DNA of 64,000 nucleotides from Alphaproteobacteria bacterium (GTDB lineage Bacteria; Pseudomonadota; Alphaproteobacteria; G02398745; G023898745): NCBI GenBank assembly GCA_023898745.1, contig CP060237.1, positions 235,718 to 299,717 of the forward strand, read 5' to 3'. Shown piece by piece: positions 55,380 to 64,000 of this stretch (position 1 is its first letter; each line of letters starts with the position of its first letter). The notes under the pieces were generated by a model. It saw only the letters and a program-made list of their open reading frames with translations, ran no database searches and was not told where the DNA came from. The position numbers and the translations under genes were made by a program.

Positions 55380-58073
55380 CTACTCCCAGCTCTGCTTATA
55401 CCGCAACATTGCTCCCAGCTCATTCATCCGATCTCTTTCTTCAAACTCGGATATACTCACCTCAAGTGCCATAGATTTTGTTAGGTTATACCCGAGCAAA
55501 ACCTTCATATCTTGAATCTCTAAACCTCTCAAGCGTCTTTCAAGCGCAAATTTTAAATCCCCGAACCTCTTCCCAATGCTTATCACTTGAGTACCTGAGT
55601 CATCTTCTTCATCTACTTTTTTCAAATCCACATATTCCATCAATATGTCTAACCCTGACTTTGGCGTAAACATTTTAAACTTTGTCAAATAGAAGGTTAA
55701 TCGAATTGCATCAGTAATAGATAGTTTCTGAGTTGGAGCGCCAAAAAGAATGTAGCTCATTACGTCTTCTGGGGACATAGATGGCGTAGAAAAGAATATT
55801 GGCATATCCAAGCTCTGTACCTCACCTTTCACCTGAACATTCAGTGTCTTGCCTTCCATTTCTGTTTCAAACAAAAGATCCAACTTTGGATTTAAGGCAT
55901 CCTCTTTTTCAAATACCAAAGATCCATGCTTTAAGACCATAGGCGTTCCTAATATCTTAATATCTCCACCTTTACGCGCTTTTAATGCGCCAACAATCTC
56001 CAAAATTTCATTGTGCACATGAACAGACACTTTACCTTCCCAGTCCGCCTTCAAATCGAATGCATCCATGCCAACTTTTTCTCGAATCGCCACGTCAATA
56101 TCACACGCAAAAGGAAATGTTACAGAGGTGCTTTGAGTCTCTACTTTCATTAAATCGAACGATTGTTCATAAGGCGGCTCTCTGATCACTAAAAACCCTT
56201 CGTCAATATATATCTGCCCCTTAGCATATAAAGGATTGAGTGTACCCTCCAATTCGCCTGTTAGTTTTAAAGCTAAATCATCGGTTTGTGTTGCATTGTA
56301 CTGGTCTAAATTCAGACGATAAAACGATTTGCCGGTTTTAATGTTGTAATATCCAGAGCTTTTGCATTGATCTGCGCTGAAAGTATATTTAATTAGCTCA
56401 TTATCAAAATGAATATCTGTTTTGACGTTATTTAACACAACGCCATAATCGCTATTTTCAAAACGCCCATTTGATACAAATACACTTCCATTTAAGCGCC
56501 AATCATCATCTTGCATAATATCCACACGCCCTTCAACATTGCCCAAAATCTCATTGCCTGGAATAGAAATATCCTGAGATTGGGTATGAAAAATCGCATA
56601 CCCTTTACGTGTATCTAAATTGAAACCGCCTTTCATAAAATCTCGGCACGCCATAGTTGCTTTAATATCCAGCGCCTCTTTATTCACACTAAAATAAATA
56701 TCCATCATCTTATCCAAATAAAACGACTTGATTCGCTTTAGTTGTACAGCACCACTATAATAGGATTTATCTTTCGTCTGTTTTTTGGAAATATCTGCCT
56801 TGGCATGACAATGAACAAACGGTAAGAAGATTTTCCAATCCATATATAATTTTTCAAAATCTTCGTAGTCAAAATTTTTCAATACCAAAACTTTTTTGGC
56901 ACCCGACACAAGTTCCAAATTGCTCACTATAGGATAAAGTAATGTCTTACGCTTCAAAACGGCCTTTTGACCTTTAAAGTGCGTAAGATATACCTCACTA
57001 AAGTTCCATTCAAACGTACTTTCAAAATATTTTGTGCGTGCAAAAATATTGCGAGGCGTAAGATCAATTTCCACGGGGTATTTGTTGAATATCTGCGCTT
57101 TTATATTGAAATAAGGAATCGCACTAACACTCAAAAACCCATCAGCCTTAATATTGTGCAGATTTTGAAAATCCTTTAGATGGATCTGAATATTTTTAAA
57201 GACTCCATCTTTGTAAAGCGCCGTATTGTTTTCATATCGGATAAACCCAACATTTTGCACCATATCATATCGCAAAAACACATCCGTTTTGGAAAACAGA
57301 ATCAACTGATCGCCCTTCAACGAAAGTTGTGCTTTTATCGGTGCTTCAGTTTTGTATTGAAAAACCCCATCCCTCTTATACAAATCAATTTTTGCATTAA
57401 AATCTGTATGCTTTATAGATAAAACATTCCCAAAAAATTCTGTGTTAACTGCTTGATTCTTATAAAATAATCGATGTTTTTTCATCTCTTTATCAGAGGT
57501 GAAAATAAAATCTTGAAAGAAAATATGAAACTGCTTTGCATCGTGATGAATTTTTGAAACATGCATCGAATTCAAAGTCTTGAACTGAATAAAGCCATCT
57601 GTTTCCTTCACTTTAAGACGCGCTTCAAAATCATTTTCAGAATTATTGTTATCCCTATACACAAGATGCGCTTTTTTAAAACCAGATTTATTGATCGATT
57701 GCAGGGCGAAAAAATGATTCTCATATTGCAGACAATGTAGATCTATGCGACGAAAAAAGGTTAACTTTTTTAATCCGTTATACACAGCATAATAATCTGT
57801 ATACGCATCTGGGTTTGTTTGACGAATCCACAAATAATCTGCCGCCACGCGCCGCCAATTGAGGTAAAAGTTTCTTCCTGTCAGGAATTGTTTTTTACCT
57901 TCATATACAACAAAGTGATCAATTTTAATAAAAAATGGAAATAAACCTGAGACTTGGTTAAAAGAATATGTATACCCCAAAGGAGCTGTTAAAAAATTCG
58001 CGCTTTTAATAATGGAATTTTGGATAGGAGGCAACTGAAAAAATAGAAAGACAAGAAATAGTCTTCGAAACAT
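55380..58073 (-). CDS. Large envelope protein, TamB/AsmA-like (about 897 aa)
   Basis: The start is at MFRRLFLVFLFFQLPP (an N-terminal hydrophobic anchor). It is long and beta-rich with a C-terminal region typical of DUF490-type proteins. The assignment rests on architecture, not on a strict motif. Confidence 0.4.
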   Translation of the reverse strand: MFRRLFLVFLFFQLPPIQNSIIKSANFLTAPLGYTYSFNQVSGLFPFFIKIDHFVVYEGKKQFLTGRNFYLNWRRVAADYLWIRQTNPDAYTDYYAVYNGLKKLTFFRRIDLHCLQYENHFFALQSINKSGFKKAHLVYRDNNNSENDFEARLKVKETDGFIQFKTLNSMHVSKIHHDAKQFHIFFQDFIFTSDKEMKKHRLFYKNQAVNTEFFGNVLSIKHTDFNAKIDLYKRDGVFQYKTEAPIKAQLSLKGDQLILFSKTDVFLRYDMVQNVGFIRYENNTALYKDGVFKNIQIHLKDFQNLHNIKADGFLSVSAIPYFNIKAQIFNKYPVEIDLTPRNIFARTKYFESTFEWNFSEVYLTHFKGQKAVLKRKTLLYPIVSNLELVSGAKKVLVLKNFDYEDFEKLYMDWKIFLPFVHCHAKADISKKQTKDKSYYSGAVQLKRIKSFYLDKMMDIYFSVNKEALDIKATMACRDFMKGGFNLDTRKGYAIFHTQSQDISIPGNEILGNVEGRVDIMQDDDWRLNGSVFVSNGRFENSDYGVVLNNVKTDIHFDNELIKYTFSADQCKSSGYYNIKTGKSFYRLNLDQYNATQTDDLALKLTGELEGTLNPLYAKGQIYIDEGFLVIREPPYEQSFDLMKVETQSTSVTFPFACDIDVAIREKVGMDAFDLKADWEGKVSVHVHNEILEIVGALKARKGGDIKILGTPMVLKHGSLVFEKEDALNPKLDLLFETEMEGKTLNVQVKGEVQSLDMPIFFSTPSMSPEDVMSYILFGAPTQKLSITDAIRLTFYLTKFKMFTPKSGLDILMEYVDLKKVDEEDDSGTQVISIGKRFGDLKFALERRLRGLEIQDMKVLLGYNLTKSMALEVSISEFEERDRMNELGAMLRYKQSWE

Positions 58074-58183
58074 TTTGCCCTCTACTGTACAACTCGTCAT
58101 CACGAGGCGCACAGCGCCGTGGTGATCCAGTGGATGGCCACGGAGCTCAGCTCCTCACCATGACACACCCTCTCACAAAAACG

Positions 58184-58780
58184 CTAATTCATCGCTCCTT
58201 CAAAGCGGCATCTCGGAAAAGAAAGCTCCACAAGCTGCGTTAGCAAGAAGCATTGTTCATGTAACGATTTTGCCTCAAGAAGGCACTGTTTTTCAATAGA
58301 TTGAAACGGGCAAAAGTTTAATAGATACTGCATTAACTTTTTGTCAGAATAATTATGTATAACTTCCCAATTTGGCTGCATATTCAATTTCAAGAAATAA
58401 TGCGCGAGCGCCTTTTTGAGTTTTTCACGACTAAACTCTTGATGCGGCGTTGTTGCATTGGTATAACGCACCTCACCTCGAATGAGAGCATATTCTGTTT
58501 TAAATGATAGAATATCAAAACATTTAATACCTTCAACAAATAAACAGATCTTATCTGGCTCTATTTCTTCATAATCCAAAACACGTCCGAGTGTACCTGT
58601 GGAATAAAAACCACCCTCTTCTTTTGTTTGCACAACACCAATATATTTAGACGTTTTAAGAGAGGCTGCAATTAACGCCAGAGCAGTAGCGCCCTCAACG
58701 GGCAACAACATTTCATTGCCTGGTAGTAAAACCTCATTTTTAAACAACACAAGTGGTAGATGTTTTGGAAACGCGCTCAT
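58184..58780 (-). CDS. LON N-terminal (substrate-binding) domain protein
   Basis: LPLVLFKNEVLLPGNEMLLPVEGATALALIAASL matches the start of the Lon N-domain; it is a stand-alone 198-aa protein. Confidence 0.55.
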   Translation of the reverse strand: MSAFPKHLPLVLFKNEVLLPGNEMLLPVEGATALALIAASLKTSKYIGVVQTKEEGGFYSTGTLGRVLDYEEIEPDKICLFVEGIKCFDILSFKTEYALIRGEVRYTNATTPHQEFSREKLKKALAHYFLKLNMQPNWEVIHNYSDKKLMQYLLNFCPFQSIEKQCLLEAKSLHEQCFLLTQLVELSFPRCRFEGAMN

Positions 58781-59070
58781 TGGCTTAAATGAAGTTATGA
58801 CTTACCCTAATTTATTATAGAAACAACTTTGTGAAGAGTTTCAATATATTAAAGTAAATTTTTATTACTTTTTAAATAAATTCAATTATTATTTGAAATA
58901 TCTGAGATTTTTCGCATAAAAACAACTCGTCATGGCAAATCTGCCATAGGTAGATGCGGTCATCCATAATGGATCACCACGGCGCTACACGCGCCTCGTG
59001 ATGACGAAGCCCCCTACCAATTTCCCAAAAAAAGTAAGATACTAGGACAAAGCACATTATATAAAAAATC

Positions 59071-59859
59071 ATGCTGTTCTTTTTCTTCACACTTTTTGCG
59101 CAATCTATTGATGATTTTCAACAGCATAGCAATACCTCACAAGAAGAAATTGATCATGATTCTTTCAACATGTTCTTGCAGAAATATACTGTTATCCTCA
59201 GGGATGGCCGATCTGTTGTGAAATATAAAGATGCAAAACACACAAAGGCAGCGCGAGACCTTTTAAACGACTATATCAATTATCTCAAGAGCATCCCGAT
59301 TGCACATTATAATAAGAGAGAACAGTTAGCGTTTTGGATTAATCTTTATAACGCCTTAACTATCCTGCTAGTTTTAGACCACTATCCTGTGAAAAGCATT
59401 CAAGATATAAACATTGGCTTTTTGTCTTTTTTTGGACCATGGAAACAAAAACTCATCAAAATTTCAGGGGTGGAATTATCTTTATATGATATTGAAAACA
59501 ATATTCTCCGCACATTCTGGAAAGATGCACGTATTCATTATGCCTTGAATTGCGCATCTTATAGCTGCCCCAATCTGAGAAATCAGGCCTACAAAGGGAA
59601 GGATATAGATCTCATCCTCGACCGCGTGGCAAGTCTTTATATTAACCACAGACGCGGCGTAGCAGTTGATGCAGATAATGGATATCTCAGAGCCTCAAAA
59701 ATCTACAAATGGTATAGTGGAGATTTTGAACCATCTGTTTTGGAGCATCTTAAAAAATATGCCCGCCCTGATTTGAAAGAAGCACTGGAACATCGCAATT
59801 GGATTGATGGATATGATTATGACTGGCGATTAAATGATTTTGAAGAGCCTAGAAAATAA
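59071..59859 (+). CDS. DUF547 domain protein with an MLFFFFTLFAQS leader
   Basis: AFWINLYNALTI and HYALNCASYSCPNL are the signature segments of DUF547. Confidence 0.7.
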   Translation: MLFFFFTLFAQSIDDFQQHSNTSQEEIDHDSFNMFLQKYTVILRDGRSVVKYKDAKHTKAARDLLNDYINYLKSIPIAHYNKREQLAFWINLYNALTILLVLDHYPVKSIQDINIGFLSFFGPWKQKLIKISGVELSLYDIENNILRTFWKDARIHYALNCASYSCPNLRNQAYKGKDIDLILDRVASLYINHRRGVAVDADNGYLRASKIYKWYSGDFEPSVLEHLKKYARPDLKEALEHRNWIDGYDYDWRLNDFEEPRK

Positions 59860-59860
59860 C

Positions 59861-60058
59861 GTCATTGCGAGCATTCGTTAGAATGCGCCGCAATCCATGG
59901 ATCACCACACCTTGCTACGCAAGGTTCGTGATGACGACTCTGAGTACGTCATGGCGAGACCCTTTAGGGTCGTGGCCATCCATAATGAATCACCACGCAG
60001 CTCAGCTCCTCGTGATGACAGCATTATAGAAGCGCCTCGTGATGACGCCTCCTCGGTG
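59861..60058. repeat. Modular hairpin repeat cluster
   Basis: cgtcattgcgagcattcgttagaatgcgccgcaatccatggatcaccacaccttgctacgcaaggttcgtgatgacg... Confidence 0.75.
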
Positions 60059-60132
60059 TTGAAAAAATTCCTTGAATTTTAACAGAAACTTTCCTACTAT
60101 GTAAAGTAGGATAATTATTAAAATGGAAAGTC

Positions 60133-60699
60133 ATGGGTAAGAACACAGGACATGTCATGCTTATTAATAACGCAGGCACTATGCCCAAGATATTTCTCAT
60201 TCAAGAATCCAACAAGCACTGGGGTATTTTCGGTGGCGGACAAGAAGAAACAGACAAGTCCCTCACAATGACAGCCGTGCGCGAATTACATGAAGAGTCA
60301 TTAGGCTCCTTAAAAGGTGATCCAAAATTGTTCAATTATTTGGACTATTATTCCTTAAAAGGAACGGATCACCCAACCAACCATAAAACGTTCATTTCTG
60401 TGAACAGTTCTATCCGCGAAAATGATATTCGTGTGGATAGCCCAGAACATGGACAAGGGTTTGGAGATATTCGCAATGGAAAGTTTTTCCCCTTGTATTT
60501 GGTCTTGGATGCGATTTATCGCGGAAGAAAAACATTTACATATCAAGATGAAGAGCACAAATTGCGCTACTTCTTTGCGGAAGGTATTCGTCGTAACAAA
60601 AAGTTTTTGTATGAATTGTTTAACAAACATAATATTGATGCGATTGAGACGCGCCACAGGTTGATGAATATTCAGCCGGTTGTTGCGGTGAGGAATTAG
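60133..60699 (+). CDS. NUDIX hydrolase
   Basis: Nudix-box-like GGGQEETDKSLTMTAVRELHEESLG (REuxEExGu core). Confidence 0.65.
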   Translation: MGKNTGHVMLINNAGTMPKIFLIQESNKHWGIFGGGQEETDKSLTMTAVRELHEESLGSLKGDPKLFNYLDYYSLKGTDHPTNHKTFISVNSSIRENDIRVDSPEHGQGFGDIRNGKFFPLYLVLDAIYRGRKTFTYQDEEHKLRYFFAEGIRRNKKFLYELFNKHNIDAIETRHRLMNIQPVVAVRN

Positions 60700-61111
60700 C
60701 CACACTCCGTCATCCTGAATGAGAGTGCCGAGTAAACGATCTTCTGGAGTATATCTTACGAGGGTCTTTTACTGCGCTTAGGATAACAATGTACATGCAT
60801 ACGCTTGAAATACCTTCAAAAATTTTCTATAACAACGGCACGACAAAAAAATAAGTAAGATATGTATGTTTTCGTTTTGGAATTTATATGCGAGTACTTC
60901 ATTTGAAAATGCTGACCTCGCTATACAAACATTGCAGTAAGCGGGCGTTACTCAAGGCAAAAGAAAAGCATACATTGTTATAAATCAGTATAATGAAATT
61001 AATATAATCTTTGCTTCGCCTCCCAAACCAAAAGAAAATGACCTAAAAGATTTCTTAGCATCCCTCAAAGCTCCTGAACTTATAGGATGTACTATTTTTT
61101 CATTAATTTGG

Positions 61112-62521
61112 ATGTATCAAAAATTCCCTGACATAATGCCCGACTTAAAAGAAAATTACCCAAAAGAGTTGCTGTTAATCGTACAAACCACCGCACTTCT
61201 AGGGTTTGCTCTTTTTTCATTAATTTGGATATATCAAAAATTCTCTCTTAATAATGAAGACAAACAACGCTATATTGAAAGTCTATTCAATCAGGCACTT
61301 CATGAAAATCAAAAAAATTCAGTGGAATCTTTGAAAAAAGTTATAAGATTATCAGTAAAAAACAATACATTCAAAATGAGATCCTATGCAATTTTAATGG
61401 AAATTTTTTACAAGAACAGGGAATTTGAAGAATTTGAAAGGTATTTTGAATTATTCTTAAAAGGAGAGGATGGTTCAGAATCAAAATTTGTAGATGAACG
61501 CGCCGCTGTTTATTTTTATAAAGCTCAAGTTATGAAATTTTTTAGTAACGACAAAACATCAGAAGAGCGCATACGCGAAGCAATTACGTACTATGAAAAA
61601 GCCTTTGGACTCGCAATTGATCGAAATATCAAAATTGCAGCTGAAGCTGCGCTTGGAAACTGTTATATACACTTAGACAAGACCGATGAAGCAAAGCCAT
61701 ACTTAGAGCGAGCATCAGCAAGCGGTTCGTTTATGGCAAGTCAAAATTTAGGATACATCTACTTTGAAAAACAGCTTTTTGCAAAGGCTAAAAAATTTTT
61801 CATTAGAGCTTCCAATCAAACATCAGAAAAAAAACACCATTTGGAGCTGTTACAGCATAACATCTTTCTTTTGAACATGCTGATCTCAATAGAAAAAAAT
61901 AAAATACATGAAGCCGAAATAGACCAAACGAATAAAAAAACAATAGAACATCTTTTTTATGATGTCACGTATGAGGAAGAGCAAGATTTAAAAAAACCAA
62001 AGACAACCGTAGACGCTGATCAATCAGATAAAACACCCTCTCCCAAGTGGATCGCCCAAAAAAAAGGTATCCCGAGTTATCAAGAGCAGCTGAAGGCTTA
62101 TGCGGCAAGGAAAGACCAAAGGCAAAAATGCATAGAATGCATAGAGCGTCAAATACATCAAAACAAAAAAGCTTTGGAATTAACATTACCACCAAAAAAC
62201 GTTCCTGCGAACGATTATGAAACATTAAAAAAAATCTTCAAACAATCTCGTGAACCAAAAGGGTGGGTAGAATTCAAATCCTATCAGGATCTCTTACAAC
62301 ATCTTGGAGGAGATTTTGATTTTAAAACAGTGCCTCACAAAGCTACTTTACCTCAAAGAGAAAATCCAGATACAATCGTGACTAGATTTTTACATCCAAA
62401 ACATAGAAAAGAGGGTAATAATGATAGACTTCAAATGACAGGATATGAGCACTGGTTCATAAAGAGTCTTTTTGAAGAAGCTGGGTATTTTGACATCAGC
62501 AGTTTCAAGCGACATAAGTGA
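61112..62521 (+). CDS. Sel1/TPR-like repeat membrane protein
   Basis: N-terminal TM (LLLIVQTTALLGFALFSLIWIY), then Sel1-like repeats (AALGNCYIHLDKTDEA...ASQNLGYIYFEKQLFAKAKKFF). The first ~40 bp of the gene are duplicated about 118 bp upstream. Confidence 0.5.
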   Translation: MYQKFPDIMPDLKENYPKELLLIVQTTALLGFALFSLIWIYQKFSLNNEDKQRYIESLFNQALHENQKNSVESLKKVIRLSVKNNTFKMRSYAILMEIFYKNREFEEFERYFELFLKGEDGSESKFVDERAAVYFYKAQVMKFFSNDKTSEERIREAITYYEKAFGLAIDRNIKIAAEAALGNCYIHLDKTDEAKPYLERASASGSFMASQNLGYIYFEKQLFAKAKKFFIRASNQTSEKKHHLELLQHNIFLLNMLISIEKNKIHEAEIDQTNKKTIEHLFYDVTYEEEQDLKKPKTTVDADQSDKTPSPKWIAQKKGIPSYQEQLKAYAARKDQRQKCIECIERQIHQNKKALELTLPPKNVPANDYETLKKIFKQSREPKGWVEFKSYQDLLQHLGGDFDFKTVPHKATLPQRENPDTIVTRFLHPKHRKEGNNDRLQMTGYEHWFIKSLFEEAGYFDISSFKRHK

Positions 62522-62639
62522 CGAGGTTACGAAGTAGAGTAAACCACCATCAATGAACATTAAATGATCTCCTAAAGCATGCTCTGCCTGTTTTTACGAG
62601 ATTCCTTCGGCTACGCCTCAGGATGACGGTGCTGTTAAT

Positions 62640-63833
62640 TCAGGATGGCGAAACAATACGATAATGATGCTTCCTCCCAACCGTTAAAATCATATCTTTT
62701 TCCCACTTCACAGTTGCGGCAATATCTGTAATTTTCTCGTCATTGATTTTCACGGCACCACTGGAAATACCGTTTTTCGCTAAAGAGCGGCTTGCGTATA
62801 ATTCATTTTCAACGAGTGTATCAAGCAACTTTTCATGCAGTACTTTCAACACAGGTAATGAGTCCAAGTTGCCTGATTTGTTTTCAAACACTTGCTCTAC
62901 TGTCTTATGAATTCCTGGCAAAACGTCTGCACCATGCAATAAAGTTGTTACTTCATCTGCAAGTGTTTTCTTTGCTTCATTGATATTGCCTTTCATGATC
63001 ACAGCAATTTGATCCAACGGTAGTTCTGTAAAAATCTTCAAAAACTTTTCCACATCTTTATCATGTGCATTCCTAAAATATTGCCAAAAATCATATGGTG
63101 AGGTTTTGTCTGCATTGAGCCAAATGGCTTTACCTTCACCAGTTTTGCCCATCTTTGTACCAGAGGAGGTGGTGAGCAATGGAATGGTTAAACCATATGC
63201 ATCTTTGCCTGCAATTTTATGAATGAGTTCAACGCCATTGATGATATTACCCCACTGTTCAGATCCACCAATTTGCAATTTACAATTATGATTTTTAAAG
63301 AGGTGATAAAAGTCATATCCCTGTAAAATCATATAGTTAAACTCAAGGAAAGAAATGGGTTTATTGTTATCTAGACGATTCTTCACAAACTCAAATCCAA
63401 TCATTCTGTTGATCGAAAAATAGCGACCAATTTCTCTTAAGAAATCGATATAATTCAGGCTCTTAATCCAGTCTGCATTGTTCACAATGATCGGATTATC
63501 GAGATAAATTCTGTAGGTTTTTTCTAATGACTCTAGATTTTTTTGAATCGTATCTTTGTCTAATAATGGGCGCTCTTTTTCTTTATCTGATGGATCGCCA
63601 ATTAATGTTGTTGCACCACCTAACAATACAATTGGCTGATGCCCAGCTTTTTCTAATCTGCGCAACATCATAATGCCAATCAAATGCCCTACATGAAGGC
63701 TATCTCCTGTAGCGTCAAATCCTTGATATACGGTAACTTTCTCGTTTTCAAACATATGGTCGATGGTTGGCTCATCTGTGGTTTGGTAGACAAACCCACG
63801 GTCTTTGAGAGTGGAAAGAAGCTTTGTGTTCAT
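62640..63833 (-). CDS. tyrS: Tyrosine--tRNA ligase
   Basis: Class I HIGH motif (DSLHVGHL), KMSKS-like KMGKT, and a C-terminal S4-like domain. Confidence 0.93.
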   Translation of the reverse strand: MNTKLLSTLKDRGFVYQTTDEPTIDHMFENEKVTVYQGFDATGDSLHVGHLIGIMMLRRLEKAGHQPIVLLGGATTLIGDPSDKEKERPLLDKDTIQKNLESLEKTYRIYLDNPIIVNNADWIKSLNYIDFLREIGRYFSINRMIGFEFVKNRLDNNKPISFLEFNYMILQGYDFYHLFKNHNCKLQIGGSEQWGNIINGVELIHKIAGKDAYGLTIPLLTTSSGTKMGKTGEGKAIWLNADKTSPYDFWQYFRNAHDKDVEKFLKIFTELPLDQIAVIMKGNINEAKKTLADEVTTLLHGADVLPGIHKTVEQVFENKSGNLDSLPVLKVLHEKLLDTLVENELYASRSLAKNGISSGAVKINDEKITDIAATVKWEKDMILTVGRKHHYRIVSPS

Positions 63834-64000
63834 AAATTGGATTTGATAAGTATATATTTTACTTTAACACAATGTGCTAATGATATGTGGAGCTTGCCAT
63901 TTATCGTTTGCATAAAAAATGATATAATGTAACTGATAAGATTTTTAGGTATATACATGTCTTTCTCAAATCACTTTACTCCTAAACTCATCCTAGCTAT

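Noticed and set aside
63958-64000. A possible plus-strand gene start (MSFSNHFTPKLILA...) at the window edge
   Set aside because: Only 14 codons are visible, which is too little to call.
1-64000. Searched for rRNA, IS/transposase, integrase, CRISPR-cas and toxin-antitoxin signatures
   Set aside because: None was recognisable from the sequence. The repeats present are non-coding hairpin modules with no associated transposase in this window.

Overview
This is a 64-kb AT-rich window (roughly mid-30s % GC by eye) from what looks like an obligate intracellular bacterium. The nearest fit is a Rickettsiales/Holosporales-like alphaproteobacterial symbiont. That assignment is inference from gene content: a FNR-type thioredoxin-reductase-like gene, a GTA-type terminase, a ChpT-like motif, and eukaryote-like kinases.

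Intact, reduced-genome-style housekeeping genes are interspersed with effector-like ORFs of unknown function. The recognisable genes are der, rplM-rpsI, rpsT, hisS, erpA, prs, rpe, tig, dnaB, ruvC, ruvB, tpiA, rodA/ftsW, dksA and tyrS. There are also three tRNAs, a D-Ala-D-Ala carboxypeptidase, a BepA-like M48 peptidase, a PpiD-like chaperone and a TamB-like protein.

Three things stand out.

1. A tandem array of three Hanks-type Ser/Thr kinase paralogs. Each copy carries its own copy of a near-identical sigma70-like promoter and leader.
2. At least 16 unrelated ORFs begin with a short M-F/L-F/L-x-F/L-F/L-x-A/T/S N-terminal leader. These include the kinases, large helical or coiled-coil proteins, Gly/aromatic-rich putative outer-membrane proteins, and even envelope enzymes that normally carry a Sec signal peptide. 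No housekeeping cytoplasmic protein has it.
3. Almost every intergenic region is filled with GC-rich modular hairpin repeats (BIME/RPE-like). They have conserved flanks (GGATCACCACG ... CTCGTGATGACG, GTCAT-NN-YGAG cores) and variable cores that still form hairpins. They are partly assembled into ~120-bp composite elements. Some are inserted in-frame into coding sequence, and many generate spurious ORFs.

Also notable are a 961-aa protein made of FG-GAP-like repeats, each containing a vicinal Cys-Cys dipeptide; an orphan GTA-like terminase; a RRM-type RNA-binding protein; and a repeat-free 5-kb block with a membrane-anchored atypical kinase-like protein. No CRISPR array, rRNA, transposase or IS was seen.
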